Source: Candidatus Hydrogenedentota bacterium (GTDB taxonomy: Bacteria > Hydrogenedentota > Hydrogenedentia > Hydrogenedentales > SLHB01). Taken from it: DNA of 64,000 nucleotides. The notes beneath the pieces were generated by a model that ran no database searches, was not told the DNA's origin, and was given only the letters and a program-made list of their open reading frames with translations. The stretch lies in contig CAVUWV010000018.1 of assembly GCA_963745075.1 (NCBI GenBank), positions 224,001 through 288,000 of the forward strand, given 5' to 3'. The position numbers and the translations under genes were made by a program. Below, in pieces: positions 50,117-60,840 of this stretch; position 1 is the first letter of the stretch, and every line of letters begins with the position of its first letter.

Positions 50117-51344
50117 TTACTCCGCGCTTTCTTCCTGGTTGGTCGGTACTTCCTCTGCGGAATCGGCATCCGCCGACTCCGGCGTATCCAATTCCTCCGA
50201 CAGTTTCTCCGGCGCGTCGCCGGCGCTCGTTGGATCGGCCTCTTCGCTCGCGGTGTCCGCGCCCTCGACAGGTGCATCGGCCGCTGCCTGTGGCGGTCCG
50301 CCGGCCAATTCCACATCGCTCTTGATGTCGATATTCCACCCCATGAGCTTAGACGCGAGCCGGGCGTTCTGGCCCCGCTTGCCAATCGCCAGCGACAACT
50401 GATCGTGCGGAACGATCACAAGAATGGACTTTGCCGACTCGTCGACGGTAATGTCCAGAATGTCGGCCGGGTTCAAGGCATTTCCGCACAGCTCGACGGG
50501 GTCGTCACTCCACCGCACAATATCGATTTTCTCGCCGCAGAGTTCTTCCACGACGGCGCGTACGCGCGACCCTTTCATGCCGACGCAGGCGCCAACGGCG
50601 TCCACGTTCGGGTCGTTCGACAACACGGCAATCTTCGTTCGGCTTCCGGGCTCGCGTGCGATTCCGCGTATGACGATCGTGCCGTCGTAGATTTCCGGAA
50701 CCTCTCAGATCGAACAGCGCCCGGACCAGTTCCGGCGACGTGCGGGACAGGACGATCTGTGGTCCTCGCGGGCTCTTCTCGACTTCGAGCAAATGCGCGC
50801 GAATGCGGTCGCCGGGCTTGAAGTTCTCGCGCGGAGACTGCTCGCGGATGGGCAGAATGGCTTCCGCCCGCCCCACGGACACAATCAGGTTCCCGTGACT
50901 ACCGCGCTTCACGACGCCGGTCACGAGTTCGCCCTCGCGTTTTTTGAATTCGTCGTAGACGTTTTCGCGCTCGGCATCCTTGATCTTCTGGATAATGACT
51001 TGTTTGGCGGTCTGTGCGGCGATGCGGCCGAAATCCTTGGGCTCGGTCGGCAGTTTGAGCATGTCCCCGACCTGGGCTTCGGGATTCAGCGTTTTGGCTT
51101 CGTCGAGTGCCATCTCTTTGCTCTTGTCCGCGACTTCCTCAACTACCGTTCGAATCTCGAATACTTGAAACGCCAAGGTGCGGGGATCCATGTCGACCGT
51201 GATCGTGGCTGTAACCGGAAAGCTTTTTCGTGCGGCGGTTTCGATGGCAGTCCGGATAGCCTCCAGTAACGTATTGCGATCGATGCTCTTTTCGGCCTGA
51301 AGCTGCTGCAAGATAACTTGCAAATTCGGGTCCTTTGGCTCCAC
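50117..51344 (-). CDS. nusA: Transcription factor NusA; frameshift near 50705
   Basis: FGRIAAQTAKQVI, S1 domain; after the shift EVPEIYDG, VGACVGMKGSRV, SLAIGKRGQNARLA. Confidence 0.95.
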
Positions 51345-51369
51345 GTGTTCACCTCGTTTCCCAAACCGG

Positions 51370-51825
51370 CTATCGGTCCAGGTTGGCCCGTTGAATATTG
51401 TCGATACAAATGTCGAAGTGCTCGCCGTCGCAGTCTACCGTCACCATATCTTCCACAATGCCCGTGAGGACGCCCGTAAACCGTTTGCGTCCCTGGACCG
51501 GAAGATGCGCGCGAATCTTAATGCGCTCGCCGGCAAACCGTCTAAAGTCTTCGGGCTTTCGAACCGGCCGTTCGAATCCCGGCGACGAAACCTCCAGCAT
51601 GTAGCTGCCGTCGATAAGGTCGGAGGCATCCAGCAGCGGGTTCAGCAACTGCGAAACCGCGGTGCAGTCGTCCAGGGTGATGCCGCCTTCCCGATCTACG
51701 AAAATGCGGAGAATCCAGTGATGACCGTGCTGACCGAACTCGACCTCGACCAACTCGTAACCCTGTTCTTCGAGATGTGGCTCAAGTTCGCGCCAAGCGC
51801 GCTGAATTACTTGTTCTTTAGCCAC
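51370..51825 (-). CDS. rimP: Ribosome maturation factor RimP
   Basis: LRIFVDREGGITLDDC, YMLEVSSPGFERP. Confidence 0.95.
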   Translation of the reverse strand: MAKEQVIQRAWRELEPHLEEQGYELVEVEFGQHGHHWILRIFVDREGGITLDDCTAVSQLLNPLLDASDLIDGSYMLEVSSPGFERPVRKPEDFRRFAGERIKIRAHLPVQGRKRFTGVLTGIVEDMVTVDCDGEHFDICIDNIQRANLDR

Positions 51826-51847
51826 TGGAATCCTCTCGCATACAACC

Positions 51848-51876
51848 AAAAAGAGTGGGTGCTAACCCACTCTTCC
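51848..51876 (-). promoter_or_regulatory. rimP leader hairpin or attenuator
   Basis: AAGAGTGGG...CCCACTCTTTTT just upstream of rimP; resembles the hairpin commonly seen before rimP-nusA operons. Confidence 0.7.
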
Positions 51877-51901
51877 GTCAAATCGCACATTGACGAGCAA
51901 C

Positions 51902-51931
51902 AGTTTAGCACAAAGCCGCTTCCAGGTGCAA
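51902..51931 (-). promoter_or_regulatory. Sigma70-type promoter of the rimP operon
   Basis: TTGCAC-N18-TAAACT with extended -10 TG. Confidence 0.55.
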
Positions 51932-52106
51932 CCGACGGACGGAGCGCAAACGCGGCGGGTGCAATCAGTCGAGGTTTTCCAGTTTTCCGTACTCACCGCG
52001 CAATGGTAAACTGCATTAACGGTAATTGAAAGGTTTCGCAGAAGTCTCACGGCTATGACCTACCGCTACGAGAACCCGGTCGACACCAGACCGCGAGGAG
52101 GCGATT

Positions 52107-53000
52107 TTGGACGTTTTACGGACCCCGGATGAACGGTTTAACCAACTGGAATCATTCAGCTTTGAGCCACAGTACACCCGCGTGAACGGGCTTCGGGTTC
52201 ATTATATTGATGAGGGACCCATCACGAGTGCCCCGGTTCTCATGCTGCATGGAGAACCCACATGGTCCTATCTCTACCGCCGGATGGTTCCGATTCTGGC
52301 GGCAGCCGGGCACCGCGTGATCGTCCCGGACCTGGTCGGTTTCGGCCGGTCGGACAAGCCCGTGCGGCAGGAAGAGTACACCTATCAGCGCCATGTCGAC
52401 TGGATTCTGGGCGTGGTTGAGAACCTGGACCTCCAGGCGATCACGCTCGTTTGCCAGGATTGGGGCGGGCTGATCGGGTTGCGAATCGCGGCGGAACACG
52501 CTGCAAGATTCGCACGAATCGTTGCCGCGAACACGTTTCTGCCAACCGGCGACCAGGACCTGGGCGAGGCGTTCCACCGGTGGCGCGCGTACTCCCAGGA
52601 CGTGCCCGAATTCCCCATCGGCCGAATTCTGCAACGCGGAACCGTCCGCGACCTGGAATCCGCTGTTGTCGCGGCCTACGAAGCTCCGTTCCCGGACGAG
52701 TCATACAAAGCCGGCGCCCGCATCTTCCCCATGCTGGTACCGTGCACGCCAGAGGATCCTGCCTGCCGCCCAAACCGGGCGGCGTGGGACGTTCTGAGTC
52801 GTTGGGACAAGCCATTCCTGACGGCATTCAGCGACCAGGACCCGATCACTCGCGGAGGGGACAAGGTGTTCCAAGCGGTGGTACCCGGGGCTGCCGGCCG
52901 ACCCCACGCTACGATTGCCGGTGCGGGTCACTTCCTGCAGGAAGACAAAGGGACAGAGTTGGCAGCGATCGTGGCGCGTTTCATCCAGACTACCGCCTGA
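52107..53000 (+). CDS. Haloalkane dehalogenase family alpha/beta hydrolase
   Basis: LRTPDERF, LHGEPTWSYLY, GFGRSDKP, nucleophile QDWGG, AGHFLQED; RBS GGAGG before TTG. Confidence 0.9.
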   Translation: MDVLRTPDERFNQLESFSFEPQYTRVNGLRVHYIDEGPITSAPVLMLHGEPTWSYLYRRMVPILAAAGHRVIVPDLVGFGRSDKPVRQEEYTYQRHVDWILGVVENLDLQAITLVCQDWGGLIGLRIAAEHAARFARIVAANTFLPTGDQDLGEAFHRWRAYSQDVPEFPIGRILQRGTVRDLESAVVAAYEAPFPDESYKAGARIFPMLVPCTPEDPACRPNRAAWDVLSRWDKPFLTAFSDQDPITRGGDKVFQAVVPGAAGRPHATIAGAGHFLQEDKGTELAAIVARFIQTTA

Positions 53001-53030
53001 ATGACGGGAGACCACGCCGTTGGAATGGCG

Positions 53031-54302
53031 TCAGAAGCCCACAGCTACATCGACGTGATTGTCGGTATACACGAAGCTCTCGACGCGAAGGTCTTCTTCT
53101 TCAATTAGATTTCGCATTTCCGGCGCCGAACGGCATTGCCCTTGCGGATTCACCAGTACACTGACCACGGGCCGATCGAAGGCGTCGCCGTTGGTATGGA
53201 CGACTTTGCCAATCTCGCCGGTGGTCAGACGCACAAAACTCCCGACGGGGAAGAGGGATAAGTAGCGCAAGAGGCCGCGGACGATTTCGCTATTGAAGAG
53301 GCCGCGGTTCGCTTGTTTGATCACCGATTCCATAGCCAGGTACGGCGCGCAGGCCTTGCGCCAGGGACGGGTCGAGGTCAAGGCATCGTACACATCCGCG
53401 ACGGCGGAAATCTGCGCGAACTTGTGGATCCAAAGGCGTTCCCGGCGCTGCGTGTATCCGGAACCATCCGCGCGCTCGTGATGCTGGTACATGGCCAGCC
53501 GAACCGTTGCTGGCAAGCTCTTAATCTGCTCCAGCACGTACAGACCAAGCATCGTGTGCTTCTGGATGTCGATGAATTCCACGGAATCGAGCCGGCGCGG
53601 CGCCCGCACCAATTCCTGCGGCACCATCGCCATTCCCAGATCCTGGAACAACGCGGCAATGCCCACTTCCTGGACCTGCTCCACGTTATATCCCATGGCG
53701 GTGGCAATATTGATGGCGAGAACTGCCGTATTGAATGCGTGTTGGTGGTGGTACTCGGACGCGAGACGCAGATTCGTCAGATTGGTCAATAGGCTTCGGT
53801 CTTTGGCGAAGATTTCGACGATCCGCGCCACCAAAGCGACCGCTGCATCCGCAGTTGCATCCGATTCGACCTCGCCGCGAACCAAATTCTCCACGAACGA
53901 AACGCCCTCGTGGCAAATGGCACGCCACTCCCGCAGTCGCGTGCTGGGCCGGCGATATTGCACCGAGTCGTCGATTGAAGAGGCAAAAGGCTTGCCGACG
54001 GGCAACACATTCAGGGAATCCAGGGATTCGACCCTCGAATCGAGTTCCGCAGACAGGGCATCCATGACCGACACGGCTTCGTGGCGGTAGTCCATGACGG
54101 CCCGGGCGCTCTCCATCTCCTCGACTTCGTCCGGGTCCCATTCCCCCACATAGGCAAAGCGCGTCCCGCTGTTTAGAAGGGAAGAAATCATGTCCCGCGT
54201 GAGCACATTCCGTGCGGCGAGCAGCAGCCGCCCCCTTCTATCGAAGAGGGGGCCATCCAAGACCTTGCCGGGGATGAGCGCTTTGACGGCGACTCGTTCC
54301 AT
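53031..54302 (-). CDS. HD-GYP-domain protein with degenerate motifs
   Basis: HHERADGSGY, VADVYDALTSTRPW, FPVGSFVRL; HD replaced by QD, GYP by GYT. Confidence 0.85.
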   Translation of the reverse strand: MERVAVKALIPGKVLDGPLFDRRGRLLLAARNVLTRDMISSLLNSGTRFAYVGEWDPDEVEEMESARAVMDYRHEAVSVMDALSAELDSRVESLDSLNVLPVGKPFASSIDDSVQYRRPSTRLREWRAICHEGVSFVENLVRGEVESDATADAAVALVARIVEIFAKDRSLLTNLTNLRLASEYHHQHAFNTAVLAINIATAMGYNVEQVQEVGIAALFQDLGMAMVPQELVRAPRRLDSVEFIDIQKHTMLGLYVLEQIKSLPATVRLAMYQHHERADGSGYTQRRERLWIHKFAQISAVADVYDALTSTRPWRKACAPYLAMESVIKQANRGLFNSEIVRGLLRYLSLFPVGSFVRLTTGEIGKVVHTNGDAFDRPVVSVLVNPQGQCRSAPEMRNLIEEEDLRVESFVYTDNHVDVAVGF

Positions 54303-54599
54303 AGCTTATCCGCGACGGCTCAGGGCAACAAACACATGGGCCGCCCCTACGAATCGCCCACAACTCTCCCACATCTGGAAATCACTCCTTGGCATCGGCC
54401 CCCGTACTCGACTGCAGCATCGATAGGTTTCGATTCCCCTGAAACGGGTCGACACCCGTACTACCCCAGTTCGAACGAACGCTATTATACAGCATACGAC
54501 TCATTAGTCCGGAATTCTAACGACCTCTAAACATTTGGGTGAGAAATGCGGATTGGAAGAGCGCGCATTCAACGAGGCGACCCGACCTATTCCACGCGG

Positions 54600-56114
54600 T
54601 TATCGGGTCCGATCGGCCGGAGCCGCCAAATCCCAAATATAAACGTCCCATCGTCCGGGATAATGATAGCGCTTTGCCGGCAGACCATTTTCCTTCAGCG
54701 CCGCGTCGACCTGGCGGGCCTCGTAGAGGTCAGGTACTTCGAAGAATGCGATTGCCGTTGGCTGGCCCGAACGGGCATTTTCCACAGCCTCTTCAATGAA
54801 TTGCTCGGAATGTTCGAGCCGGGATTGGTCCACCCCGCCATAGAATACGAGAGTCGGCTCGAAATTGTTCGGGGGAGAATAAACGGTAGCGTCCTTGTCA
54901 GCCAGTTCCGCGAGTACGGGCCGTGCCGACTTCCAGTCCGGCCGCATGGGTCGCCACAAATCCACCAGGTTTCCCGCCATGAGTAATAGTAGGAGCGCCA
55001 GAGCACTGTTGCGCCACGCCGCACTCGGGAGCTTGGCCACGCCCGCCCCCACCAACAGGTAAAGCGCGAAACACGAATAGAGTGTGTACCGTTCCACGAA
55101 GCACGGTTTGACGGTGTACGTGAGAAAGAACAACGTGAACGGTGGAAGAATCAGCCAAAACAGGACAAACAAGGTGCGATCGTCGACCATCGGAATCACG
55201 TGGCTTCCGACCTTCCAGCGGTTCGAGATAACGTTCCGGAGGACAAAAAACGCGGCAACCGCGAGCAGAAACCCACCGAGCAGATAATGAACCGGAATTC
55301 CCAAGGGCAAGTGGCGAACTAGGTCCAACGCATCCAGTTTGCTTCCGGCATAGACGAAATAATAGGCATCAAACAGACGCTTCAAGCCGGGTTTGTAGAT
55401 CCATGCCACGTGATCTTCGAGGGTTTTGAAGTCCGTGGTTAAGAACCAGGCCATCGCAAACCCGCCGACAATCGCATGGGCCAGAGCCCAAGAGCCGAGA
55501 AGACGGAACTTTCGCGGCCGGGTCACGAGAAGAAAGACGAATTGCATGCCAATGAAGAGAACGGCAAACAGATGCGTCGACATCGCAAGGGCGTTGGCGA
55601 TGAAATTGCAGATCCACCACCGCTTCTTGTTGGTGTCAAGGGCATTGACGAACCCATACGCGGACACGACGGCAAACAAGAGCACGAAGGCATACATCCG
55701 AATCTCTTGCGATTGGTAAATCAGGAGTTTAGAGAACGCAACACAGAGCGCCGCCGTGCAGCCGGCCCAGTGCCCGTACAAGCGGCGTCCGAGAAGGTAC
55801 ATGACGAGGATCGTGGCCATCCCGGACAATAAGGACAGCAACCGGACGGCAAGAACGGAATCGCCGACCAATCGAGCCCAGTAGTATTCGGTGGTGAAGT
55901 AGACGGGCAGCATGGCCGAATCGAGTTGCCGTTCAAGTTGGAAAAACTGTTGAATCGTAGGCGAATCCAGGAACTCGAAGCTCGAAATCTCGTCGTACCA
56001 GACCGGCTCATAGTCTATTCGATAAATCCGCAGCGCAAATCCGACAAGCAGAATGGCGCAAATGGCGGCGACCTGTCGATAGGTCCATTCCTGTTTGACG
56101 TCATCCAGATTCAT
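54600..56114 (-). CDS. GT-C membrane glycosyltransferase (GT39/ArnT-PMT-like)
   Basis: WYDE, PVYF, VRLLS, SQEIRMY; multiple TM helices. Confidence 0.82.
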   Translation of the reverse strand: MNLDDVKQEWTYRQVAAICAILLVGFALRIYRIDYEPVWYDEISSFEFLDSPTIQQFFQLERQLDSAMLPVYFTTEYYWARLVGDSVLAVRLLSLLSGMATILVMYLLGRRLYGHWAGCTAALCVAFSKLLIYQSQEIRMYAFVLLFAVVSAYGFVNALDTNKKRWWICNFIANALAMSTHLFAVLFIGMQFVFLLVTRPRKFRLLGSWALAHAIVGGFAMAWFLTTDFKTLEDHVAWIYKPGLKRLFDAYYFVYAGSKLDALDLVRHLPLGIPVHYLLGGFLLAVAAFFVLRNVISNRWKVGSHVIPMVDDRTLFVLFWLILPPFTLFFLTYTVKPCFVERYTLYSCFALYLLVGAGVAKLPSAAWRNSALALLLLLMAGNLVDLWRPMRPDWKSARPVLAELADKDATVYSPPNNFEPTLVFYGGVDQSRLEHSEQFIEEAVENARSGQPTAIAFFEVPDLYEARQVDAALKENGLPAKRYHYPGRWDVYIWDLAAPADRTR

Positions 56115-56438
56115 CGTATACTCCGAGTCTTGAATGCGCTCCCCATGAGGACGAACGTCACAGCAATTCTCGCCATGCAAAAGCGCGCTAGTCCGCGTTT
56201 CTACCCGCCCCGGAAGTCGTCGTTTTGCCGACCGGTACCTTGGGCGCGGGGAGAAATGCTTTCGAGAAAAACCGAAGGCTTACAGTCGAGAAGTTCTCGC
56301 ACACACTCTATGAACCCAATAAGCTCGGACAGACACGCGAAGCTCCGGAAGCTTCGAGTTACAAATTCGACGTTTGGTGCGTGTGAGAATTCCCGGCTAG
56401 TGTAGCGGATCGCACGCAGCATTTAACAGAAAAATCCG

Positions 56439-56467
56439 TTGACAAACCCACGTCCCGAAGGTAGGTT
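56439..56467 (+). promoter_or_regulatory. Sigma70-type promoter
   Basis: TTGACA-N17-TAGGTT about 100 nt upstream of the leader ORF. Confidence 0.6.
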
Positions 56468-56564
56468 AAATGTATGGCGTTCGGTGATGGTTTTGTTCCA
56501 GGCGGAAAACATTTACCTACGCCAATACCGTGAGACCAAGGCGTTCTTGGGGAACCTCGATTTC

Positions 56565-56903
56565 ATGAATCGAAAATGGTTAAGACTCGGCGCGTGCGCC
56601 GCGCTGGTGCTTTTCGCGTGTGCGGAATTGCACACGGTGGTGCCGTTTGTCTTTTCCGAATTCCATCACGATAGCCCCGAAAACGCGCCATTCGACGGAT
56701 CGACCGGCAATGACTCCCGTCAGCCCTGTGCGCTGTGCCTGCTAATCCACTCGGCAACACTCGTCCCTTCTGCGGATGCTGTTCAAGGTCCGCCTGATGT
56801 CACCCCGGAACAACCCGTTCCAGAAGACAACGCCATCGTCTGGTGCGATACCTCCTGGAGACCCGAGTCCCGCCGGGGTCCTCCCTCCTTACACACTTCC
56901 TAA
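56565..56903 (+). CDS. DUF2946/CruR/CutF-like leader peptide (signal-like N-terminus, HH, CxxC, C-terminal RGPP)
   Basis: 112 aa: MNRKWLRLGACAALVLFAC...EFHHD...PCALC...RRGPPSLHTS. Confidence 0.75.
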   Translation: MNRKWLRLGACAALVLFACAELHTVVPFVFSEFHHDSPENAPFDGSTGNDSRQPCALCLLIHSATLVPSADAVQGPPDVTPEQPVPEDNAIVWCDTSWRPESRRGPPSLHTS

Positions 56904-57002
56904 TCGCAGAACTCCCCGTGTGAATCGTCGAGCGTAAAGACGTTTATCGCTTACGCACGACGCCGTGTTGTGACGTGTGTAAACCAATAAGGAGTTATCC
57001 CT

Positions 57003-57908
57003 ATGCGTACCAAGGGTTTTACATTGATCGAACTGTTGGTGGTCATCGCCATCATTGGCATTCTCGCGGCAATCCTGCTCCCGGCGCTCGCACGGGCAAG
57101 GGAAGCAGCCCGTCGCGCGAGCTGCCAGAACAATCTGAAGCAAATGGGTCTCGTGTTGAAGATGTACAGCAACGAGAGCGCGGGGGAGAAATACCCTCCG
57201 ATGAAGTCCGTCGATTGCAACGGAAATCCGGCGCCGGGCGCCACGATATTCCGCGTGGAGTCCATGGATCCCGAGTATCTGACGGACCTGAATGTGCTGG
57301 TGTGCCCGAGTGCGTCTTCGGGCTCGACCGCCCTGGAACTTTGGGACCAAGGCGAAACAACGTCGACCCTGTGGGGCGGGAATGGCGCCATCGTTCAGCC
57401 CTTTGCGAACAACGGAATCGTTGAGCCGTGTGAAGTCTACGAACACCCTTATATCTACCTGGGCTGGGTGATTGAGAAACGGTTGTCCGCCGACCAGACC
57501 GCGCTGGACGCGTTGGCGGTCAACGTGGACGATCTGTTCGCCGCATTGAACACCACGGCCGCGGATGCGGAACAGGTCGCCGACAGCGACTGGGACGTCG
57601 TGGACGGAACCGGAAACGGCGGCGGCGACAAGATCAATCGGATGCGCGAGGGTATCGAGCGTTTCCTGATCACGGATATCAACAATCCGGCGGGAAGCGC
57701 GATGAGCCAAACCGAACTTCCGGTCATGTGGGACGAGATTTCCGGTGACAACGCAACACACTTCAACCACGTTCCCGGCGGCTGCAATGTGTTGTACATG
57801 GACGGCCACGTCAAGTTCTTGAAGTACGACGGCCCTTTCGGTTCGGACTTTCCGGTTAACGGCGGCGGCCTCGTGTTCCACGAGATGAGTCACCTCCTGT
57901 ACCCGTAA
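57003..57908 (+). CDS. DUF1559 prepilin-type protein with H-X9-DG C-terminal motif
   Basis: [59 protein letters not shown]. Confidence 0.93.
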   Translation: MRTKGFTLIELLVVIAIIGILAAILLPALARAREAARRASCQNNLKQMGLVLKMYSNESAGEKYPPMKSVDCNGNPAPGATIFRVESMDPEYLTDLNVLVCPSASSGSTALELWDQGETTSTLWGGNGAIVQPFANNGIVEPCEVYEHPYIYLGWVIEKRLSADQTALDALAVNVDDLFAALNTTAADAEQVADSDWDVVDGTGNGGGDKINRMREGIERFLITDINNPAGSAMSQTELPVMWDEISGDNATHFNHVPGGCNVLYMDGHVKFLKYDGPFGSDFPVNGGGLVFHEMSHLLYP

Positions 57909-57936
57909 GTCGTGTATTCGTAGGTTTTGCATGGAA

Positions 57937-57961
57937 GCGGGGCGGCCACGTGCCGCCCCGC
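57937..57961. terminator. GC-rich hairpin after the DUF1559 gene
   Basis: GCGGGGCGGC / GCCGCCCCGC 10-bp stem, no U-tract. Confidence 0.45.
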
Positions 57962-58104
57962 ACGTGATCCGCCGTCCGGTCGCAATTCTTGAGTGCTTCT
58001 GGTATAGTCGTGGGAGGCTGGAATTGGGTGTCACCGCTCAATCCACCTCGACTGCACGTCGCACGTGCGGTTCGATCAAGTATGGCTGTCCGGAGGTTAT
58101 CTCA

Positions 58105-59541
58105 ATGAAGAGTCACCGTTCCCAGTTTCTGGGTCTGTTTTTCTTTCTCGCCGCGACGTTGCTCGTTCTCTCCAATGGCTTTGTTGGGCGAATCTTCGCT
58201 CAGGAGAATGGCGCCCAAATTGTCACAAAAATCGAGCCCATCGCCGTCGTGCTGGACGAGATCATGAAGCACTACGTCGAGACTCCCAATGCCGACAAAG
58301 TAATCGAGGGCGCGCTCGTTGGAATGATGAATTCGCTGGACGATCATAGTTCCTACGTTCCACCGCAGGCGTATCAGACGATCACGGAGGAAACGGAGGG
58401 CGAGTTCGACGGCATCGGCGTGCAGATCAAACTGGATGACGACAAGAATATCGTGATTTTCCATCCGCTTCCCGGATCGCCGGCGGCCAAGGCCGGGCTC
58501 GTGGGCAATGACGTAATCGTGAAGATCGATGACATCGCGACGCAGGGCATGAGCCTGGACGAAGCCAAAGACTTGATCCGCGGCGCCCGGGGCACGGACG
58601 TTCATCTTACCGTGTTTCGCGAGTACCCCAATACGGATAAACGCCCGGAATTGCTGGAGTTCGACGTAACACGCGGCCGTATTCCGTTGGAAAGCGTCAT
58701 GGAATCCCGGGTTTTGGACGGCGGCATCGGATATATCCGGATCAGCGACTTCAAAAAGACTACGGCAAGCGAAATCGCCTCGCATTTGAAGGAACTGGAA
58801 AAGGAAGGGATGCGGTCCCTCATTCTCGACCTGCGCTGGAATCCCGGAGGTTTGTTGACGGCGGCGAAGGACGTGTCCGAGTTGTTCCTGCCCAAAGGCA
58901 CCAAGGTCACCTACACCAAGGGCCGGCACCAATCGGACGGGACGATCAGTGAAGAAATCACGCTGTACACGGAGCGGGATCCGGTGTTGCCGGAAAGTTT
59001 CCCGATGGTGTTGCTGGTCAACGAACAGACGGCCAGTTCGTCGGAAATCGTCACGGGGGCACTGCAATTCTACAAGCGCGCGATCGTCGTGGGCATGAAG
59101 ACCTACGGCAAAGGCAGCGTGCAGACGATCATTCCCTTGCGGCGACCCAAGGACGCGGCGCTGCGACTCACCACCGCGCTGTATTACACGCCGGCCGACG
59201 TGACGATTAACAAGCATGGAATTCTCCCGGATGTGGAAGTCCCATTTCCGATGGAGAAGTGGCGCGACCTTTTCCTGCAAATGCGCGAATCGTGGGAAGA
59301 AGACCCCGGCATGCAGAATCAACAGAATCACGGCAGCGTCACCGACGACAAGGTAGGTGAGAACACGGTGGAAGACGTGCAGTTGCAGCGGGCCGTGAAA
59401 ATACTGAACGAGGACCCGGTCTGGGAAGACCTCGTCAAGCAGTATCACAAAGACACCGCAGAGACGCAGGTTGCCGCGGCGGATTCACTCAGCGGCGATC
59501 GCCACGAGGAATCCGGAAACGTGGAGGCGGCTTCCCAGTAA
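58105..59541 (+). CDS. ctpA: S41 carboxyl-terminal processing protease (CtpA/Prc family)
   Basis: LDDHSSY, PDZ (GIGV...GSPAAKAG), [31 protein letters not shown]. Confidence 0.92.
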   Translation: MKSHRSQFLGLFFFLAATLLVLSNGFVGRIFAQENGAQIVTKIEPIAVVLDEIMKHYVETPNADKVIEGALVGMMNSLDDHSSYVPPQAYQTITEETEGEFDGIGVQIKLDDDKNIVIFHPLPGSPAAKAGLVGNDVIVKIDDIATQGMSLDEAKDLIRGARGTDVHLTVFREYPNTDKRPELLEFDVTRGRIPLESVMESRVLDGGIGYIRISDFKKTTASEIASHLKELEKEGMRSLILDLRWNPGGLLTAAKDVSELFLPKGTKVTYTKGRHQSDGTISEEITLYTERDPVLPESFPMVLLVNEQTASSSEIVTGALQFYKRAIVVGMKTYGKGSVQTIIPLRRPKDAALRLTTALYYTPADVTINKHGILPDVEVPFPMEKWRDLFLQMRESWEEDPGMQNQQNHGSVTDDKVGENTVEDVQLQRAVKILNEDPVWEDLVKQYHKDTAETQVAAADSLSGDRHEESGNVEAASQ

Positions 59542-60251
59542 TGCGGCCGGACGGTCGACTCCCTGACGCGTTACGCCCCATCGAGATCGTACGCAACTAC
59601 ACGCAGTATGCCGAAGGCTCGGTTTTGGTCAGCTTCGGCAACACCCGCGTATTGTGCACGGCTTCCCTCGATGAGCGCGTCCCTCCCTTTTTGCGCGAAA
59701 CCGGCACGGGGTGGGTAACGGCCGAATACGCCATGCTCCCGGGCTCGGCACATGGGCGTATTTCCCGCGATGCCGCCAAGAAAGGGCGCGCGCTGGAAAT
59801 CAGCCGTCTGATTGGGCGGTCGCTCCGATGTGTCGTCGACCTCGCCGCGATGGGCGAGCGGCAAATCATTCTGGATTGCGACGTGCTTCAAGCCGACGGA
59901 GGTACGCGCACCGCTGCCATTACGGGCGCCTATGTCGCCCTCCACGACGCGTGTAGCTGGCTTGTTGGCGAGGGCATTTTGGAAAGGTCGCCACTTATAA
60001 GCGGTTGCGCAGCCGTAAGTGTCGGCATCGTTAATGGCGAACCGCGGCTCGACCTCTGTTACGACGAAGACTCCGTCGCGGAAGTTGACATGAATGTGGT
60101 GATGCAGTCGGACGGGCGGCTCATCGAGATTCAGGGATCCGCCGAGGGCGAAGCGTTCACCCGGAAAATGATGAACGAATTACTGGACCAAGGCGAGAAA
60201 GGAATCCGGGAACTTCTTGCGCTGCAGAAGAAAGCACTCGATGAAAGCTGA
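59541..60251 (+). CDS. rph: Ribonuclease PH
   Basis: [40 protein letters not shown]. Confidence 0.96.
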   Translation: MRPDGRLPDALRPIEIVRNYTQYAEGSVLVSFGNTRVLCTASLDERVPPFLRETGTGWVTAEYAMLPGSAHGRISRDAAKKGRALEISRLIGRSLRCVVDLAAMGERQIILDCDVLQADGGTRTAAITGAYVALHDACSWLVGEGILERSPLISGCAAVSVGIVNGEPRLDLCYDEDSVAEVDMNVVMQSDGRLIEIQGSAEGEAFTRKMMNELLDQGEKGIRELLALQKKALDES

Positions 60252-60840
60252 GTCGCTGGTCATTGCCACGGGCAACGCGCATAAGTTCACGGAGATCGCC
60301 AGGTTCCTGGACGGTATATCGAGACCCCTCGTGAGCCTCTCGGACTGTTCGCCGGTTGACCCGCCCGAAGAAACGGGCGTCACCTTTGAAGAAAATGCGC
60401 TTTTGAAAGCGCGGTATTACTGCGACCGCTTGGGCGCCTCGTGTATCGCGGACGATTCCGGTCTGGTGATTGATGCGCTCAATGGCGGGCCCGGCGTGTT
60501 TTCGGCGCGATACGCTGGCGATGGGTGTGCCGACGCGGACAACAACGCCAAAGTGTTGGCGGCGCTCCACGATGTCCCCGAGCCGGATCGGACGGCGCGC
60601 TTTGTGTGCGTTGCCGCGATCGCAGACCCCGATGGCCGAGAACACAGCGTGGCGGGAACCGTTGAAGGCCGGATCGCTTTCGAACTTCGCGGGCGCAATG
60701 GTTTTGGATACGACCCGATGTTCATACCCGATGGGCATACGAAAACCTTCGGAGAACTGGACCCTGCGGTCAAAGCCGGGATCAGCCACCGTTCCCGCGC
60801 GTTCACGAAGCTCCGCGACTTCTTGGAGTCGATGACATGA
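60241..60840 (+). CDS. rdgB: Non-canonical purine NTP pyrophosphatase
   Basis: ATGNAHK, ENALLKA, ADDSGL, GFGYDP, ISHR. Confidence 0.95.
   Translation: MKAESLVIATGNAHKFTEIARFLDGISRPLVSLSDCSPVDPPEETGVTFEENALLKARYYCDRLGASCIADDSGLVIDALNGGPGVFSARYAGDGCADADNNAKVLAALHDVPEPDRTARFVCVAAIADPDGREHSVAGTVEGRIAFELRGRNGFGYDPMFIPDGHTKTFGELDPAVKAGISHRSRAFTKLRDFLESMT

Noticed and set aside
50690..50720. Programmed frameshifting in nusA or other split genes
   Set aside because: No shared slippery motif, and the indel directions are mixed. Sequencing error is simpler.
54303..54530. c-di-GMP riboswitch upstream of the HD-GYP gene
   Set aside because: I could not find GEMM-type motifs by eye. There is only a TATAAT box and a degenerate GTAGGGGCG REP-like remnant (54322-54350). 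An Infernal/Rfam scan would settle it.
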